DNA of 64,000 nt from NCBI GenBank assembly GCA_963664325.2, contig CAXXDQ010000007.1, forward strand, positions 973,749 to 1,037,748, read 5' to 3'. The position numbers and the translations under genes are program-made. Positions 32,061 to 41,538 of this stretch are shown here, one piece after another. The first letter of the stretch is position 1. Each line of letters opens with the position of its first letter. This stretch comes from Desulfomonilia bacterium (GTDB lineage Bacteria > Desulfobacterota > Desulfomonilia > UBA1062). The notes beneath the pieces are model-generated. The model was not told the origin of the DNA. It searched no databases and was given only the letters and a program-made list of their open reading frames with translations.

Positions 32061-32894
32061 ATGGACAATACAAAAAAAACGGTCTTGATTACCGGAACAG
32101 CAAGCGGCATAGGCATGGAAACCGCACTGTACTTCTTCGATAAAGGCTTCAATGTCATCGCCACCATGCGCAATCCCGGACAGCGTAAAACCACTCTTCA
32201 TGAAAAGGGCCTGCCCGACCTGGTGCATCTTGATGTTACGGACGCAGCATCCATAAATGCGGCTGTTCAATACGCTCTGGATAAATATGGTAAAATAGAC
32301 GTGCTGGTGAACAATGCCGGTTATGCGGTTTTCGGCCCGTTCGAGGCTGCTACGAAAGAACAGGAAAAGCGCGAATTCGACACAAACCTATTCGGGCTCA
32401 TTGAAGTGGTTCGAGGAATTCTACCGGTTTTCCGAAATCAAAAGACCGGGATTATAATAAACGTGACCTCCATGGGCGGCCGCATCGGGTTTCCTCTTTA
32501 CGCCCTGTATAATGCCACCAAATGGGCCGTAGAGGGGTTTACCGAGGCGCTCATGTATGAATTGAAGCCGCTGGACATAAAAGTCAAACTGATTGAACCC
32601 GGGGTCATCAAGACCGATTTTTACGACCGCTCGCTTGACAAGACGGACTGTTCGGCCCTGACGGACGCCTACGGCGCTGTAATGAAGCGTGCGGAAAAGC
32701 TGACAGATGAAAGTTCTATAAAAAAGGGCAGCGAGCCTAAGCTGGTGGCTGAAATTATCTACCGTGCCGCTACCGATGGCAGCTCCCGGCTGCGATATCC
32801 TGCCGGAAGCGATGCAAAGCTTGTTTGGATGCTGCGCCGTATTCTTCCTGAAAGCCTGTTCTTCCGGGTGCTGGAAAAGGCAGTCCTGGATTGA
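32061..32894 (+). CDS. Short-chain dehydrogenase/reductase
   Basis: ITGTASGIG, NNAG, YNATK. Confidence 0.93.
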   Translation: MDNTKKTVLITGTASGIGMETALYFFDKGFNVIATMRNPGQRKTTLHEKGLPDLVHLDVTDAASINAAVQYALDKYGKIDVLVNNAGYAVFGPFEAATKEQEKREFDTNLFGLIEVVRGILPVFRNQKTGIIINVTSMGGRIGFPLYALYNATKWAVEGFTEALMYELKPLDIKVKLIEPGVIKTDFYDRSLDKTDCSALTDAYGAVMKRAEKLTDESSIKKGSEPKLVAEIIYRAATDGSSRLRYPAGSDAKLVWMLRRILPESLFFRVLEKAVLD

Positions 32895-33005
32895 GCATGC
32901 AGTACTGACCGGCCAGCAGCATAATAAAAAGAACTGGAACAACAGACCTTACACCTTGATGTTTCATACATTAAACATTCAAATGGCCGGGCGGTTAATG
33001 CTTTA

Positions 33006-33449
33006 TCAAGATATGAATCCCCTCAGGTTTCTTTCAAGCTCTTCCTTGGGCCGGGCGCCAACAAGGCTTTTAACCACTTCTCCGTTTTTGAATACCAGCA
33101 GTGCGGGAATCCCCTGAATGGAATATTTTGAAGGAATGATGCGGTTTTCATCGACGTTCATCTTTGCAAATTTGATCTTTCCTGCATATTGAGCTGAAAG
33201 TTCATCTATAATCGGGCTCATCATCTTGCAGGGGGCGCACCATGATGCCCAGAAGTCTACCACTACAGCGCCGGGAAAGCCCAGAACCTCTTCGGAAAAT
33301 GTTGAATCGGTAACTGTCACCGGTTTTTTTAATGCGGGTTTATCAAGAGGTTCATGGCATTTCCCGCATTTTGCACCAGACCTTGATTTTTCAGAAGGTA
33401 CCCTGTTTTTGGTCCCGCATTGCTGGCACTGGTATATTTTATAATTCAT
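33006..33449 (-). CDS. trxC: Thioredoxin 2 (zinc-finger thioredoxin)
   Basis: CQQC...CGKC zinc ribbon and WCAPC active site. Confidence 0.88.
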   Translation of the reverse strand: MNYKIYQCQQCGTKNRVPSEKSRSGAKCGKCHEPLDKPALKKPVTVTDSTFSEEVLGFPGAVVVDFWASWCAPCKMMSPIIDELSAQYAGKIKFAKMNVDENRIIPSKYSIQGIPALLVFKNGEVVKSLVGARPKEELERNLRGFIS

Positions 33450-33607
33450 CAAGACTTCTCCTTTCACTATATTACGGTCAAACAATTATATAGGGGGTCG
33501 ATTATGCTTTTTCCAGTAGGTGGCAATAAATATGAATGGGCCGGCAGGGAAAAGGCACAGGCCTTTTCCTTTATCTGATTTCCGCCTGCAGCAATTTTAT
33601 TTGGATT

Positions 33608-34363
33608 TTATCTTTTGCGCCTCTCGTCAAAAAGCGCCCCCTGAATTATCGGCGTTATATACATGCCCTGATCCAGATTGAAATATGTACCCCTGACTCC
33701 CCTGTTTTCCCTTCTGAATTTTCTTGCATGTTCTTCCGACCGGAAGAATACCGAGCGTCTTCAGAACGAGTTTATGATACTGGGTTCATTCAACTTGTCA
33801 AAATCGACTATGGGCGCAAATGCGACCGGTGCGGCATCATTTGAAATAACCCTGTATCTCATTGAGCTTTCGATCTCGATAACAAGAGGTTCTTTACAGC
33901 ATGCGCATTCGGTATCAACCGTTACCTTAAGTCCGGTGTTTTTCAAAAGCCCTTGCACGAAGGGCGCCGCAAGCGCGTCAACCGCTCAGGCGGCATAAAT
34001 GTGCTCTCCCGTGCTGAAAGTAAGCCTGTGAGGGGTCTTCTCGACGGTGACCGGATAGGCCCATGTAACCTCCCCGTCAGGATTCCTGTAGAGAAAGGTC
34101 ATGTTTTTTTCAAGCTCGTCAAGTATTTCAATAACCCGGCCGGTTTCGATCTGCAGGGCCTGCGAGATATGAACGGGCGTTAACGGAACACCTTTAGCAG
34201 CGATCTCGGTTACAACAAAATCCCTCACTTTATGGTGGTCATCAGTCATGAAGGCAAGCCTTGCGGCATTAAGCTTTGACATGTCGCCGATCTGAGCCTT
34301 CCATGCAAAGCCGGGTATTCTTAAAAGATATTTCCAAACACCGAGAAGAAGGGCGTCTTTCAT
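33608..34363 (-). CDS. MerB-like organometallic lyase, predicted selenoprotein with two Sec (U126, U201), 251 aa
   Basis: One frame read through UGA at 33986-33988 (IYAA-U-AVDAL) and 33761-33763 (INSF-U-RRSVFFRSEEHA) to TAA at 33608; WAYPVT..TPH MerB-type motif upstream. Confidence 0.85.
33731..33748 (-). promoter_or_regulatory. SECIS-like hairpin after the second UGA
   Basis: mRNA UUCUUCC-GGUC-GGAAGAA beginning 13 nt after UGA. Confidence 0.7.
33949..33965 (-). promoter_or_regulatory. SECIS-like hairpin after the first UGA
   Basis: mRNA GCCCUU-CGUGC-AAGGGC beginning 21 nt after UGA. Confidence 0.7.
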
Positions 34364-34580
34364 GCCAAACCTCCATATTTATTTTATAATTAACCCTATT
34401 TGGAAAAAAGAAAAGTTATTTCATAACAATAATAAAAAAACATGCCGTATCTCATGATTCAACATGCTGACGATATTTGACGGTCTGAGTTCTCCATCGG
34501 CTGAGCATACGTTGTACCGTCATATGCACATTGACAAAACCTTATTCGGCTTTATTATCAGAAACACGAGGTGGTGAACG

Positions 34581-35081
34581 ATGTACAAAAAATTCATGGA
34601 ACTTATTGAGATCAATTCCGAGGATCTCGCCAGAAACATATTGCGTGAAATAAGCGACATAAAGGAATTCCGGCAATACCGGGGGATACCGGAAGACGTC
34701 CTGCTGGAGCGTATTTACCAGGTAATGCGAAACGTGCATGAACGGCTTGGGAACTGGCTCGATAAAAACAAGTCGAAGAACACATTGTTTGCCTATTATT
34801 CCGATCTGGGCGCGCAGCGGATGCGTGAGGGCATACCTCTTGATGAGGTTATCAAGCTTTATCTGCTTATCAAGCGGGAGATATGGCATATGTTCAGAGA
34901 GCAGCTGACGGTGAACGACGAATCCGAACTCAAACGGCTCATGGAAATCGATTTTTACGTGAACCTGTTCTTTGACAGGATTGTCACCTCCATAATCTCC
35001 GGATACCAGGCCGAACTGGGTAAGATTTGGGAAAAAACAGGTCTTGATAACCCGCTTGCAACAGAGATCTTCAATAAATAG
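34581..35081 (+). CDS. Helical hypothetical protein (RsbRD-N/sensor globin-like)
   Basis: GAGGTGG RBS; LGAQRMREGIPLDEV and FFDR motifs. Confidence 0.65.
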   Translation: MYKKFMELIEINSEDLARNILREISDIKEFRQYRGIPEDVLLERIYQVMRNVHERLGNWLDKNKSKNTLFAYYSDLGAQRMREGIPLDEVIKLYLLIKREIWHMFREQLTVNDESELKRLMEIDFYVNLFFDRIVTSIISGYQAELGKIWEKTGLDNPLATEIFNK

Positions 35082-35307
35082 CAGGAAAAGAACAGGCCAG
35101 AGCATGGCAATAGTGCTTAATCTTATTTTCTAATATGTCTTCCCTCGCTTTGCTGCTGTGCCGAAATGCACCTTGACTCCACGGCATCATCCCGGACTCA
35201 GAGAATTCCCGAGTATCATCATGCAAAAAATGCACTTCTGGCTATGTTAAAAGACAATGCCGGCAGCAGAACGTCAAACCATTTTGAAATAATCTCTTTT
35301 TGAGCAT

Positions 35308-36450
35308 TTAAGATATCCTTGAGAAATCCCGGCCGCGTTCCCTGAGCATACGGCTTCCTGCTTCGGTCCTGGTTTCCGGAATATCTTCGCCTGTCTCATT
35401 TCTTCTTTGAAGTTTGCGGGACTGCATCGGGCATTTGTGGGCGCATACACCGCAGCCTATGCACTTTTCCCGGTCATATTCAAAGACCTTTCCGGCATCC
35501 TGTATTTTACATATTGACCCGTTTGAAGGTGGAATCTTTTTGATTTTTACAGCTTCGACCGGGCATCGTTTTTCACACAGCCCGCATAGTTTGCACGTTT
35601 CGGCATTATGCACAACCACATAGTTCGAGCGCTGGTGTCCGCGTAAGATCGACGGCAACACTGCAGCCCGTTCAAGGAAAAGACAGCAGCATGAGCAGCA
35701 GTTGCAGATTGTGTCAATCTTCGTCTTATAGTTGCTGATGCCGTGAACCAGACCTGCATCCGCAGCGTCCTTCAATATTTCAAGCGTCTGCTGCTTTGAT
35801 ATCTCCTTACCCATGCCGTATTTGAGCATATACCTTCCGAGACTGCCGAAATGCAGGCAGTTCATGGTAACGTGACTGCATTTCTCAAAGTCCGGGTCAA
35901 GATTGTGCCTGTGTCTGCAATCGCAGGTTGAAACTATGAAAAAGTCTTCTTTGTCGATGAATGCGAGTATATCCTCATAGGGCAGTATCTGTTTTGTATC
36001 TTTGATTGTTTCCGCAATCGGGATGGCGCGCAGTCCTTTTGTTGGATGTTTCATCATTTCATGCGACATATGGTTGATGTAATACCGATGGGCCAGCGAT
36101 GCATACTCCCTGTTCAACTCATCATTGATTCCCACCCATCCCGGTACCTGGAAGTTCGCAAAGTTGTTGTCATTAAGGAAATATCCTGGCCCGGACTTTC
36201 CCTGAGCCTCGAAAATAAAACCTTTTTTTATCAGCGGTTCCATCTTCGCTATCAATTCGTCTGCAGACATATGGAATTTTTCCTTAAGCTGCTCCATCGT
36301 ATGCGGCATGAAAGGAAAGGCCGAGAGAAAGGCGGCTTCGTCCGGAGTACACCTCAATTTGAGCAGCCGCGTGAAATCTTCAGGGGCGGGCACATCGTAA
36401 ATCCACGTTTTATATCTCTCAATCAGCGAATCATATGGTCTGTTTTCCAT
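35308..36450 (-). CDS. 4Fe-4S dicluster protein with N-terminal HTH
   Basis: CDCR, ICNCCSCCC, two CxxCxxCxxxCP motifs. Confidence 0.85.
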   Translation of the reverse strand: MENRPYDSLIERYKTWIYDVPAPEDFTRLLKLRCTPDEAAFLSAFPFMPHTMEQLKEKFHMSADELIAKMEPLIKKGFIFEAQGKSGPGYFLNDNNFANFQVPGWVGINDELNREYASLAHRYYINHMSHEMMKHPTKGLRAIPIAETIKDTKQILPYEDILAFIDKEDFFIVSTCDCRHRHNLDPDFEKCSHVTMNCLHFGSLGRYMLKYGMGKEISKQQTLEILKDAADAGLVHGISNYKTKIDTICNCCSCCCLFLERAAVLPSILRGHQRSNYVVVHNAETCKLCGLCEKRCPVEAVKIKKIPPSNGSICKIQDAGKVFEYDREKCIGCGVCAHKCPMQSRKLQRRNETGEDIPETRTEAGSRMLRERGRDFSRIS

Positions 36451-36470
36451 TTTTCCCCCTTTATACAGGG

Positions 36471-37241
36471 CTACCCCAGGCATGCGGGACAAACGCCTAT
36501 GCATTTGAAGCAGTGGTATTCGAAGCCTATGAAATTCGCCTGATAAAGGCTCAGGATAGCCGGGTCTTTTAAAAGCGCCTTTTTACCCTCAAGGTCCGCC
36601 TTGATGAAATTCCTCAAATAGCCTATCAGTCCTCCGATTCCGTTGGGCTGAGAGACCTTCAGACACTTGAACATGTCGGTTTTGCCCTCCTCGTCAAGGG
36701 CCCGGCCTGGGCAAGATTCTACGCACAGGCCGCAACCATTGCACAGGTCATCCGTTACGCGCTCATCCGATTCAAGCGGCAGAGAGGTAAGTACGGCGGT
36801 AAATATAATGCGGCTGCCGAACCTGGGATTGATGACCAGATTGTGCCTTCCGAAAACTCCCAGCCCGGCTGCGACGGCCGCGTGCCTCAGCGAGATGTCG
36901 CCCGTAAGCCCCATGACCGGCGGCTTCATATCAAGTGGATATGACGGAGCAACAGGAGCCGCCTTTGTCCTGAAAGCATCTTCAACAAAGCGCGAGATGA
37001 GATAGCTGTTTTTTCTCATCAAATCCATCATGCCCAGGCGCGCAGCCATGCTTGTTCGGTTGTTCGGGCTTTCGATGGCCCCGTCAATCTCCCTGTAGCC
37101 GGTCACGATAATCGATCTGACGCCGGGTAAAATCGCATCCGGCGCCATCGCCCCTTTCAGCTCATAATCGCCGACCGAGGCAAACCCCACGACATCGGCC
37201 CCGAGACCCAGGCAGAAACTGCTGATTTTTTCTTTCTCCAT
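36471..37241 (-). CDS. Epoxyqueuosine reductase (QueG)/reductive dehalogenase-like Fe-S cobalamin protein
   Basis: GADVVGFA, SLRHAAVAAGLG..G, PRFGS, CNGCGLCVESCP, CFKCIGVCP. Confidence 0.8.
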   Translation of the reverse strand: MEKEKISSFCLGLGADVVGFASVGDYELKGAMAPDAILPGVRSIIVTGYREIDGAIESPNNRTSMAARLGMMDLMRKNSYLISRFVEDAFRTKAAPVAPSYPLDMKPPVMGLTGDISLRHAAVAAGLGVFGRHNLVINPRFGSRIIFTAVLTSLPLESDERVTDDLCNGCGLCVESCPGRALDEEGKTDMFKCLKVSQPNGIGGLIGYLRNFIKADLEGKKALLKDPAILSLYQANFIGFEYHCFKCIGVCPACLG

Positions 37242-37270
37242 ATCATCTCCTTTTCCCTTCCGGTAATAAT

Positions 37271-37288
37271 ATATACCGGACGGTATAT
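37271..37288. promoter_or_regulatory. TetR operator, site upstream of the QueG-like gene
   Basis: ATATACCG-GA-CGGTATAT; same motif as 37911-37928. Confidence 0.75.
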
Positions 37289-37304
37289 TTTAATCGAAAA
37301 AAAT

Positions 37305-37898
37305 TTATTCCCTCAGTTCGTCTATAATTTTTGATTTAAGAATGGATACGTTTCTATCAAGATGAGACCTGTCACCCGTGACTTTCGAGAGCATGATGCC
37401 GCCTTCGATAAGAGAGACGAAAAAGGATGCAAAAATTTCGGGATCAACGCCTTTTCTGATCTCGCCATTTTTGACCCCCCTTTTCATGATATTTTTTATA
37501 GAGCCGGTCCAATTATCCAGCGACTTTACCACGACGTCCCGTAACGGAAGATCGCTGTTGTCAGAGTCGACAGCGGCATTCAGGATAGGACATCCGCCGG
37601 ACTGCGAAAGCCTGTCAAAGGCATTGGAATAGTATTCGGCCATGGCGATGAGCTTATCGCATGAATCGGATTTCTGAGAGACTTTTACAGCTATTTCTTC
37701 GGCAATCCTTCTGATGTTGTATTTAAGTGCCGCAACAGCTATGTCGTCCTTGTTCCTGAAATTGCCGTACAGGGCTCCTTTGGTAAGTCCGACTGCCTCG
37801 GTCAGGTCAGACAGGGAGGTCCCTTCATAGCCATGCTTGTTGAAAAGCGGAGCCACTTTTTCTATTATTATCCTTTTCGTTTCTTCGGACTTTTTCAT
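37305..37898 (-). CDS. TetR/AcrR family regulator
   Basis: LFNKHGYEGTSLSDL...TKGALYGNF HTH, GGCPI. Confidence 0.93.
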   Translation of the reverse strand: MKKSEETKRIIIEKVAPLFNKHGYEGTSLSDLTEAVGLTKGALYGNFRNKDDIAVAALKYNIRRIAEEIAVKVSQKSDSCDKLIAMAEYYSNAFDRLSQSGGCPILNAAVDSDNSDLPLRDVVVKSLDNWTGSIKNIMKRGVKNGEIRKGVDPEIFASFFVSLIEGGIMLSKVTGDRSHLDRNVSILKSKIIDELRE

Positions 37899-37910
37899 TT
37901 GAGTTCTATA

Positions 37911-37935
37911 TTATACCGTTCGGTATATTTGTCAA
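37911..37935 (-). promoter_or_regulatory. TetR operator overlapping the TetR promoter
   Basis: TATACCG-TT-CGGTATA immediately downstream of a minus-strand TTGACA. Confidence 0.7.
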
Positions 37936-37992
37936 CATCCAAAATATACATATCAGGTTCTCTTTAAGGGATAGCCGAAAACTATTTAACGC

Positions 37993-38940
37993 TTATCGCA
38001 GTATTCTGTCTTTCAGGCTTGCAAGGTAAGGCATGTCAACACCCAGGTCTAAGCCGGTTTCAAAAACAATCCGATAAACGTCTTTCATCTCTTCGGGATG
38101 TGTATCCAGATGACTGTGTTTTCTTGTACGCTCATAATGGGGGGAACTCAAAATCCCCTGTCTCAGAACCTGCGCCGCCTCTTCATCGTTTTCCATCATA
38201 AAGACCCTGACATCAGGGTATTTGCGGTAGTCCACTCCACGCTTTTCAAGCACCTTCAGAGCATCCTTTACCGCCCTGAGGGTAAATATCCATTCGTCAA
38301 GAGGTGTCTGAGATCCAGGCATTCTTCCTTCAGCAAGCGCCTCACCCATTATACCGGCAACGATGGCCATATGGACCCAGAGCCATTCTATGATATTCTC
38401 CTTGATTTCAGGCATGATCCCGGCCTTCGAAAATGTCTCGATTACTTTTTGCAGCAGTTCCTCCGGACTTCCGGGAAGAGCGCCTATTCTGAATATTTTT
38501 TGAATATTGGCATACAGGGTTCCGTCATTGCCGTTTGCGCCGCTGAATACGGAGTAGCCCCAGAGATAGCGGTCCCTGGGCAGCAGCGCGTCTATCTCTG
38601 CGGGACCGCTCCAGTTGGCGCAGAATATCAGAAAATCCGACGTCGGCAGGGCGTCTTTATACTGTCTTACGGCCTCTACAGCCTGCAAATGATTTGTCGC
38701 CACGATCACAAGGTCATAATCGTCTGAAGGAGTAACTGTATCGACAACCTTCGGTCTGTAAACAGCCGGATAGCAGTCCGGAGAGCCCTTTCGCATATCC
38801 ATTACATCCATCCGGATGTCGCCAGAATGTTTCGCAAGGGAGCCTTTTCTTACAACATGAGTAATGTCGACACCGCCATCGGATAAAACCCATCCGTGCA
38901 TAAGCCCGACATTTCCCATTCCGATTATAAGAACCTTCAT
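37993..38940 (-). CDS. Ketopantoate reductase family protein
   Basis: IIGMGNVG Rossmann motif, YDLVIVAT, WLWVH. Confidence 0.75.
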   Translation of the reverse strand: MKVLIIGMGNVGLMHGWVLSDGGVDITHVVRKGSLAKHSGDIRMDVMDMRKGSPDCYPAVYRPKVVDTVTPSDDYDLVIVATNHLQAVEAVRQYKDALPTSDFLIFCANWSGPAEIDALLPRDRYLWGYSVFSGANGNDGTLYANIQKIFRIGALPGSPEELLQKVIETFSKAGIMPEIKENIIEWLWVHMAIVAGIMGEALAEGRMPGSQTPLDEWIFTLRAVKDALKVLEKRGVDYRKYPDVRVFMMENDEEAAQVLRQGILSSPHYERTRKHSHLDTHPEEMKDVYRIVFETGLDLGVDMPYLASLKDRILR

Positions 38941-39159
38941 GAATGCCCTCCTGTATTCGTTGAATCGTTAGATCCTTAATCGGTAAGCAGCAGGCAACCC
39001 TTTAAAAAGTATAATATCGGAATCAGTCTCCAACATTCTTCAGAGATGTATTAACACAATAAATATGGCTTCACGGCTTAATGGGGTTACTGACAAACAA
39101 CTGCACTTATGATATTCAGGACCAATGAATACAAATTTTCTTATCAAAAGCGGCTTCTT

Positions 39160-39723
39160 ATGGATGATCTGAAAAGAGAAAAAACAAAAGGCCTGAGCCG
39201 CTGGTATCTCAAGGATGTCCTGTTAAAGCGCCGGATTATCGGAAAAGCGCACCACACCCCGGGTTTTGGTTTTGCCGCCCTGATTTTTTCCGTGATGAGC
39301 AGACTTATCATGGAAAAACTGGGTAAAGCTGAAGGAGAGGAGCTGATCGCCAGGGCGGTCAGGACCTTCGGACTTGAAAGAGGAAAGCGTATCGCCTCTG
39401 TCGTTGCCGGCCTTGGCAAGCCTCTCAGCTTTAAAAACTGGCTCATCTATACCGACATTGAAAGCTCTAATTTTGAAGCCTCCCCTTCGATTGACAGGGA
39501 TGACCTTGTAGCCGAAGTCCACAATTGCAGCTTCATGGCTGCGGCCAAAAAATGGGGGCTCGAAGATTACGCATCGCTTTACTGCAAATATGCCGACTAT
39601 GCCATATTGGAAGGATACAACCCGGATATCAGACTCAAGCTTGAAACAAGACATGAAACAGGCAGGGACTACTGCCTGTTCAGATACATCATGAAGGAAT
39701 CAAATAAGCAGAACTTGCAGTAG
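39160..39723 (+). CDS. L-2-amino-thiazoline-4-carboxylic acid hydrolase family protein
   Basis: FGLERG, VHNCSF..KWG, LYCKYAD..ILEGYNP, C-terminal CLF; start uncertain. Confidence 0.7.
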   Translation: MDDLKREKTKGLSRWYLKDVLLKRRIIGKAHHTPGFGFAALIFSVMSRLIMEKLGKAEGEELIARAVRTFGLERGKRIASVVAGLGKPLSFKNWLIYTDIESSNFEASPSIDRDDLVAEVHNCSFMAAAKKWGLEDYASLYCKYADYAILEGYNPDIRLKLETRHETGRDYCLFRYIMKESNKQNLQ

Positions 39724-39776
39724 AAGTATAGGCCGATATCCCATTCTGCACGCACCTGATGATGAAGGAGGTTACC

Positions 39777-40430
39777 ATGACAGCTGCATCCGAACTTGCA
39801 ATCAAGGGACTCAGAGATCTTTCGAGTCTTCAATGGTATGTCATCCCGCTGCTTGCAATTGTTTTTTACATCTACACCTTTGAAATAAAGAAGGCCCGTG
39901 AATCGGGAAACTGGGATGCCGTTTTTGCAGGCCTGACGCTTTTCGGCACGGACTTTTTCTTCGAAACCATAAACGGCTGGATTTTCCACTTCACGCAACA
40001 CGCAGCCTTGTGGACCACCCCGGGGGTCACTGCATTGCGTACGACTGTCGGATGGAATATCGAGATCATGTTCATGTTCTCCATTGCAGGGATCATCTAT
40101 TACAACACGCTGTCCCGTGACAGGCATGCCAAAATTCTGGGTATTCCGAACCGCCTGTTCTGGGCCATCTGCTATGCGGCCTTTTGCGTGTTCGTAGAAT
40201 GCCTGCTTAACAAAGGCGGGCATCTGGTGTGGGAATATTCCTTCTGGAAGCTTACTCCTCTGGGGGTATTGCCCATCTTTTTTGCGGCCTACTTTCCTCT
40301 CTTTCTGAGCCCCATGCTGGTTATCGGTTTGAACAGCAACAGAGCCAAGGTGAAAGCCGTTGCGGCAATATACGCAATTGCTATTGTTATGAATATTCTG
40401 GCTTTCGGTTTTATGGGCTGGAGCTATTAA
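39777..40430 (+). CDS. Multi-pass membrane protein, unknown function
   Basis: AAGGAGG RBS, about six hydrophobic segments, GWNIEI motif. Confidence 0.75.
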   Translation: MTAASELAIKGLRDLSSLQWYVIPLLAIVFYIYTFEIKKARESGNWDAVFAGLTLFGTDFFFETINGWIFHFTQHAALWTTPGVTALRTTVGWNIEIMFMFSIAGIIYYNTLSRDRHAKILGIPNRLFWAICYAAFCVFVECLLNKGGHLVWEYSFWKLTPLGVLPIFFAAYFPLFLSPMLVIGLNSNRAKVKAVAAIYAIAIVMNILAFGFMGWSY

Positions 40431-40486
40431 GGATCACAAAACCAGCCGTAAGTGTAAGGGTCGGCTTAATCTCCTGTTCAGGCCGA

Positions 40487-41176
40487 TCAGGTTTCCGGGT
40501 TTCCGATAAGCCGGTAAATCAGCGCACCAAGGAGGGCGCCTGCGATTGGGGCCACCCAGAAAAGCCATAGCTGAGAAACAGCCCAACCTCCGGCAAACAA
40601 GGCAACTCCGGTGCTGCGGGCGGGATTTACCGAGGTGTTGGTCACAGGAATGCTGATCAGGTGAATCAGAGTAAGACCCAGGCCGATTGCGATGGGCGCG
40701 AAACCCTGGGGTGCACGCTTGTCTGTTGAACCGAGGATAATCAGCAAAAACATCATTGTCATAACCACTTCAGTTATCAGTGCGGCCAGCAGGGAATACC
40801 CGCCAGGCGAATGATCGCCATAACCGTTTGAAGCAAAGCCCGCGGATACATCAAATCCGGCCTTGCCGCTTGCAATGAGATAGAGGACTCCTCCAGCGAC
40901 AATCGCACCCAGAACCTGCGCCACTATGTAAGGTACAAGATCTTTCGCGGGGAAACGGCCACCGGCCCAGAGCCCTACAGAAACAGCCGGATTGAGGTGA
41001 CAGCCGGATATGTGCCCGATGGCAAAGGCCATCGTCATTACGGTCAGACCAAAAGCCAGCGCAACGCCGAGCAGGCCGATGCCCACGTTAGGAAATGCGG
41101 CGGCCAGCACGGCGCTGCCGCACCCGCCAAGAACCAGCCAGAAAGTACCGATAAATTCTGCACCGTATTTTTTCAT
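40487..41176 (-). CDS. aqpZ: Aquaporin Z
   Basis: [29 protein letters not shown]. Confidence 0.96.
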   Translation of the reverse strand: MKKYGAEFIGTFWLVLGGCGSAVLAAAFPNVGIGLLGVALAFGLTVMTMAFAIGHISGCHLNPAVSVGLWAGGRFPAKDLVPYIVAQVLGAIVAGGVLYLIASGKAGFDVSAGFASNGYGDHSPGGYSLLAALITEVVMTMMFLLIILGSTDKRAPQGFAPIAIGLGLTLIHLISIPVTNTSVNPARSTGVALFAGGWAVSQLWLFWVAPIAGALLGALIYRLIGNPET

Positions 41177-41538
41177 GCTCCCCTCCTTTACGTTAATGGT
41201 GTAACACCCTTCAATTGATTATACTGCATGCGCTATATTTTAGAAAGCCCTGGATAAACGGCAGGGTCATTCCTTTACTATTCCGTATAATTAGTAACTC
41301 CATGACTGGAAATGTGATAAAATGCCCTTGTTGACAAGGAATCCGCTAAAGTACTAAAGGATACCCCATTGTGAGCGGTTGTCATTCGGGCTGGATTCAT
41401 TTTTGTTCCAATTTTTATTATATGCTTTTCTTTCCGGTTGAATACTTCACTTATCATTGAACGGCCTGGGAATGCAGACTAATTCACAAATAGAACACGA
41501 ATACAAAACGATCGTCATGAGAGACAGGAGGCACAGGA

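Noticed and set aside
33761-33988. MerB pseudogene with nonsense mutations
   Set aside because: Both stops are UGA, both fall at catalytic Cys positions and both are followed by hairpins, which fits Sec recoding better.
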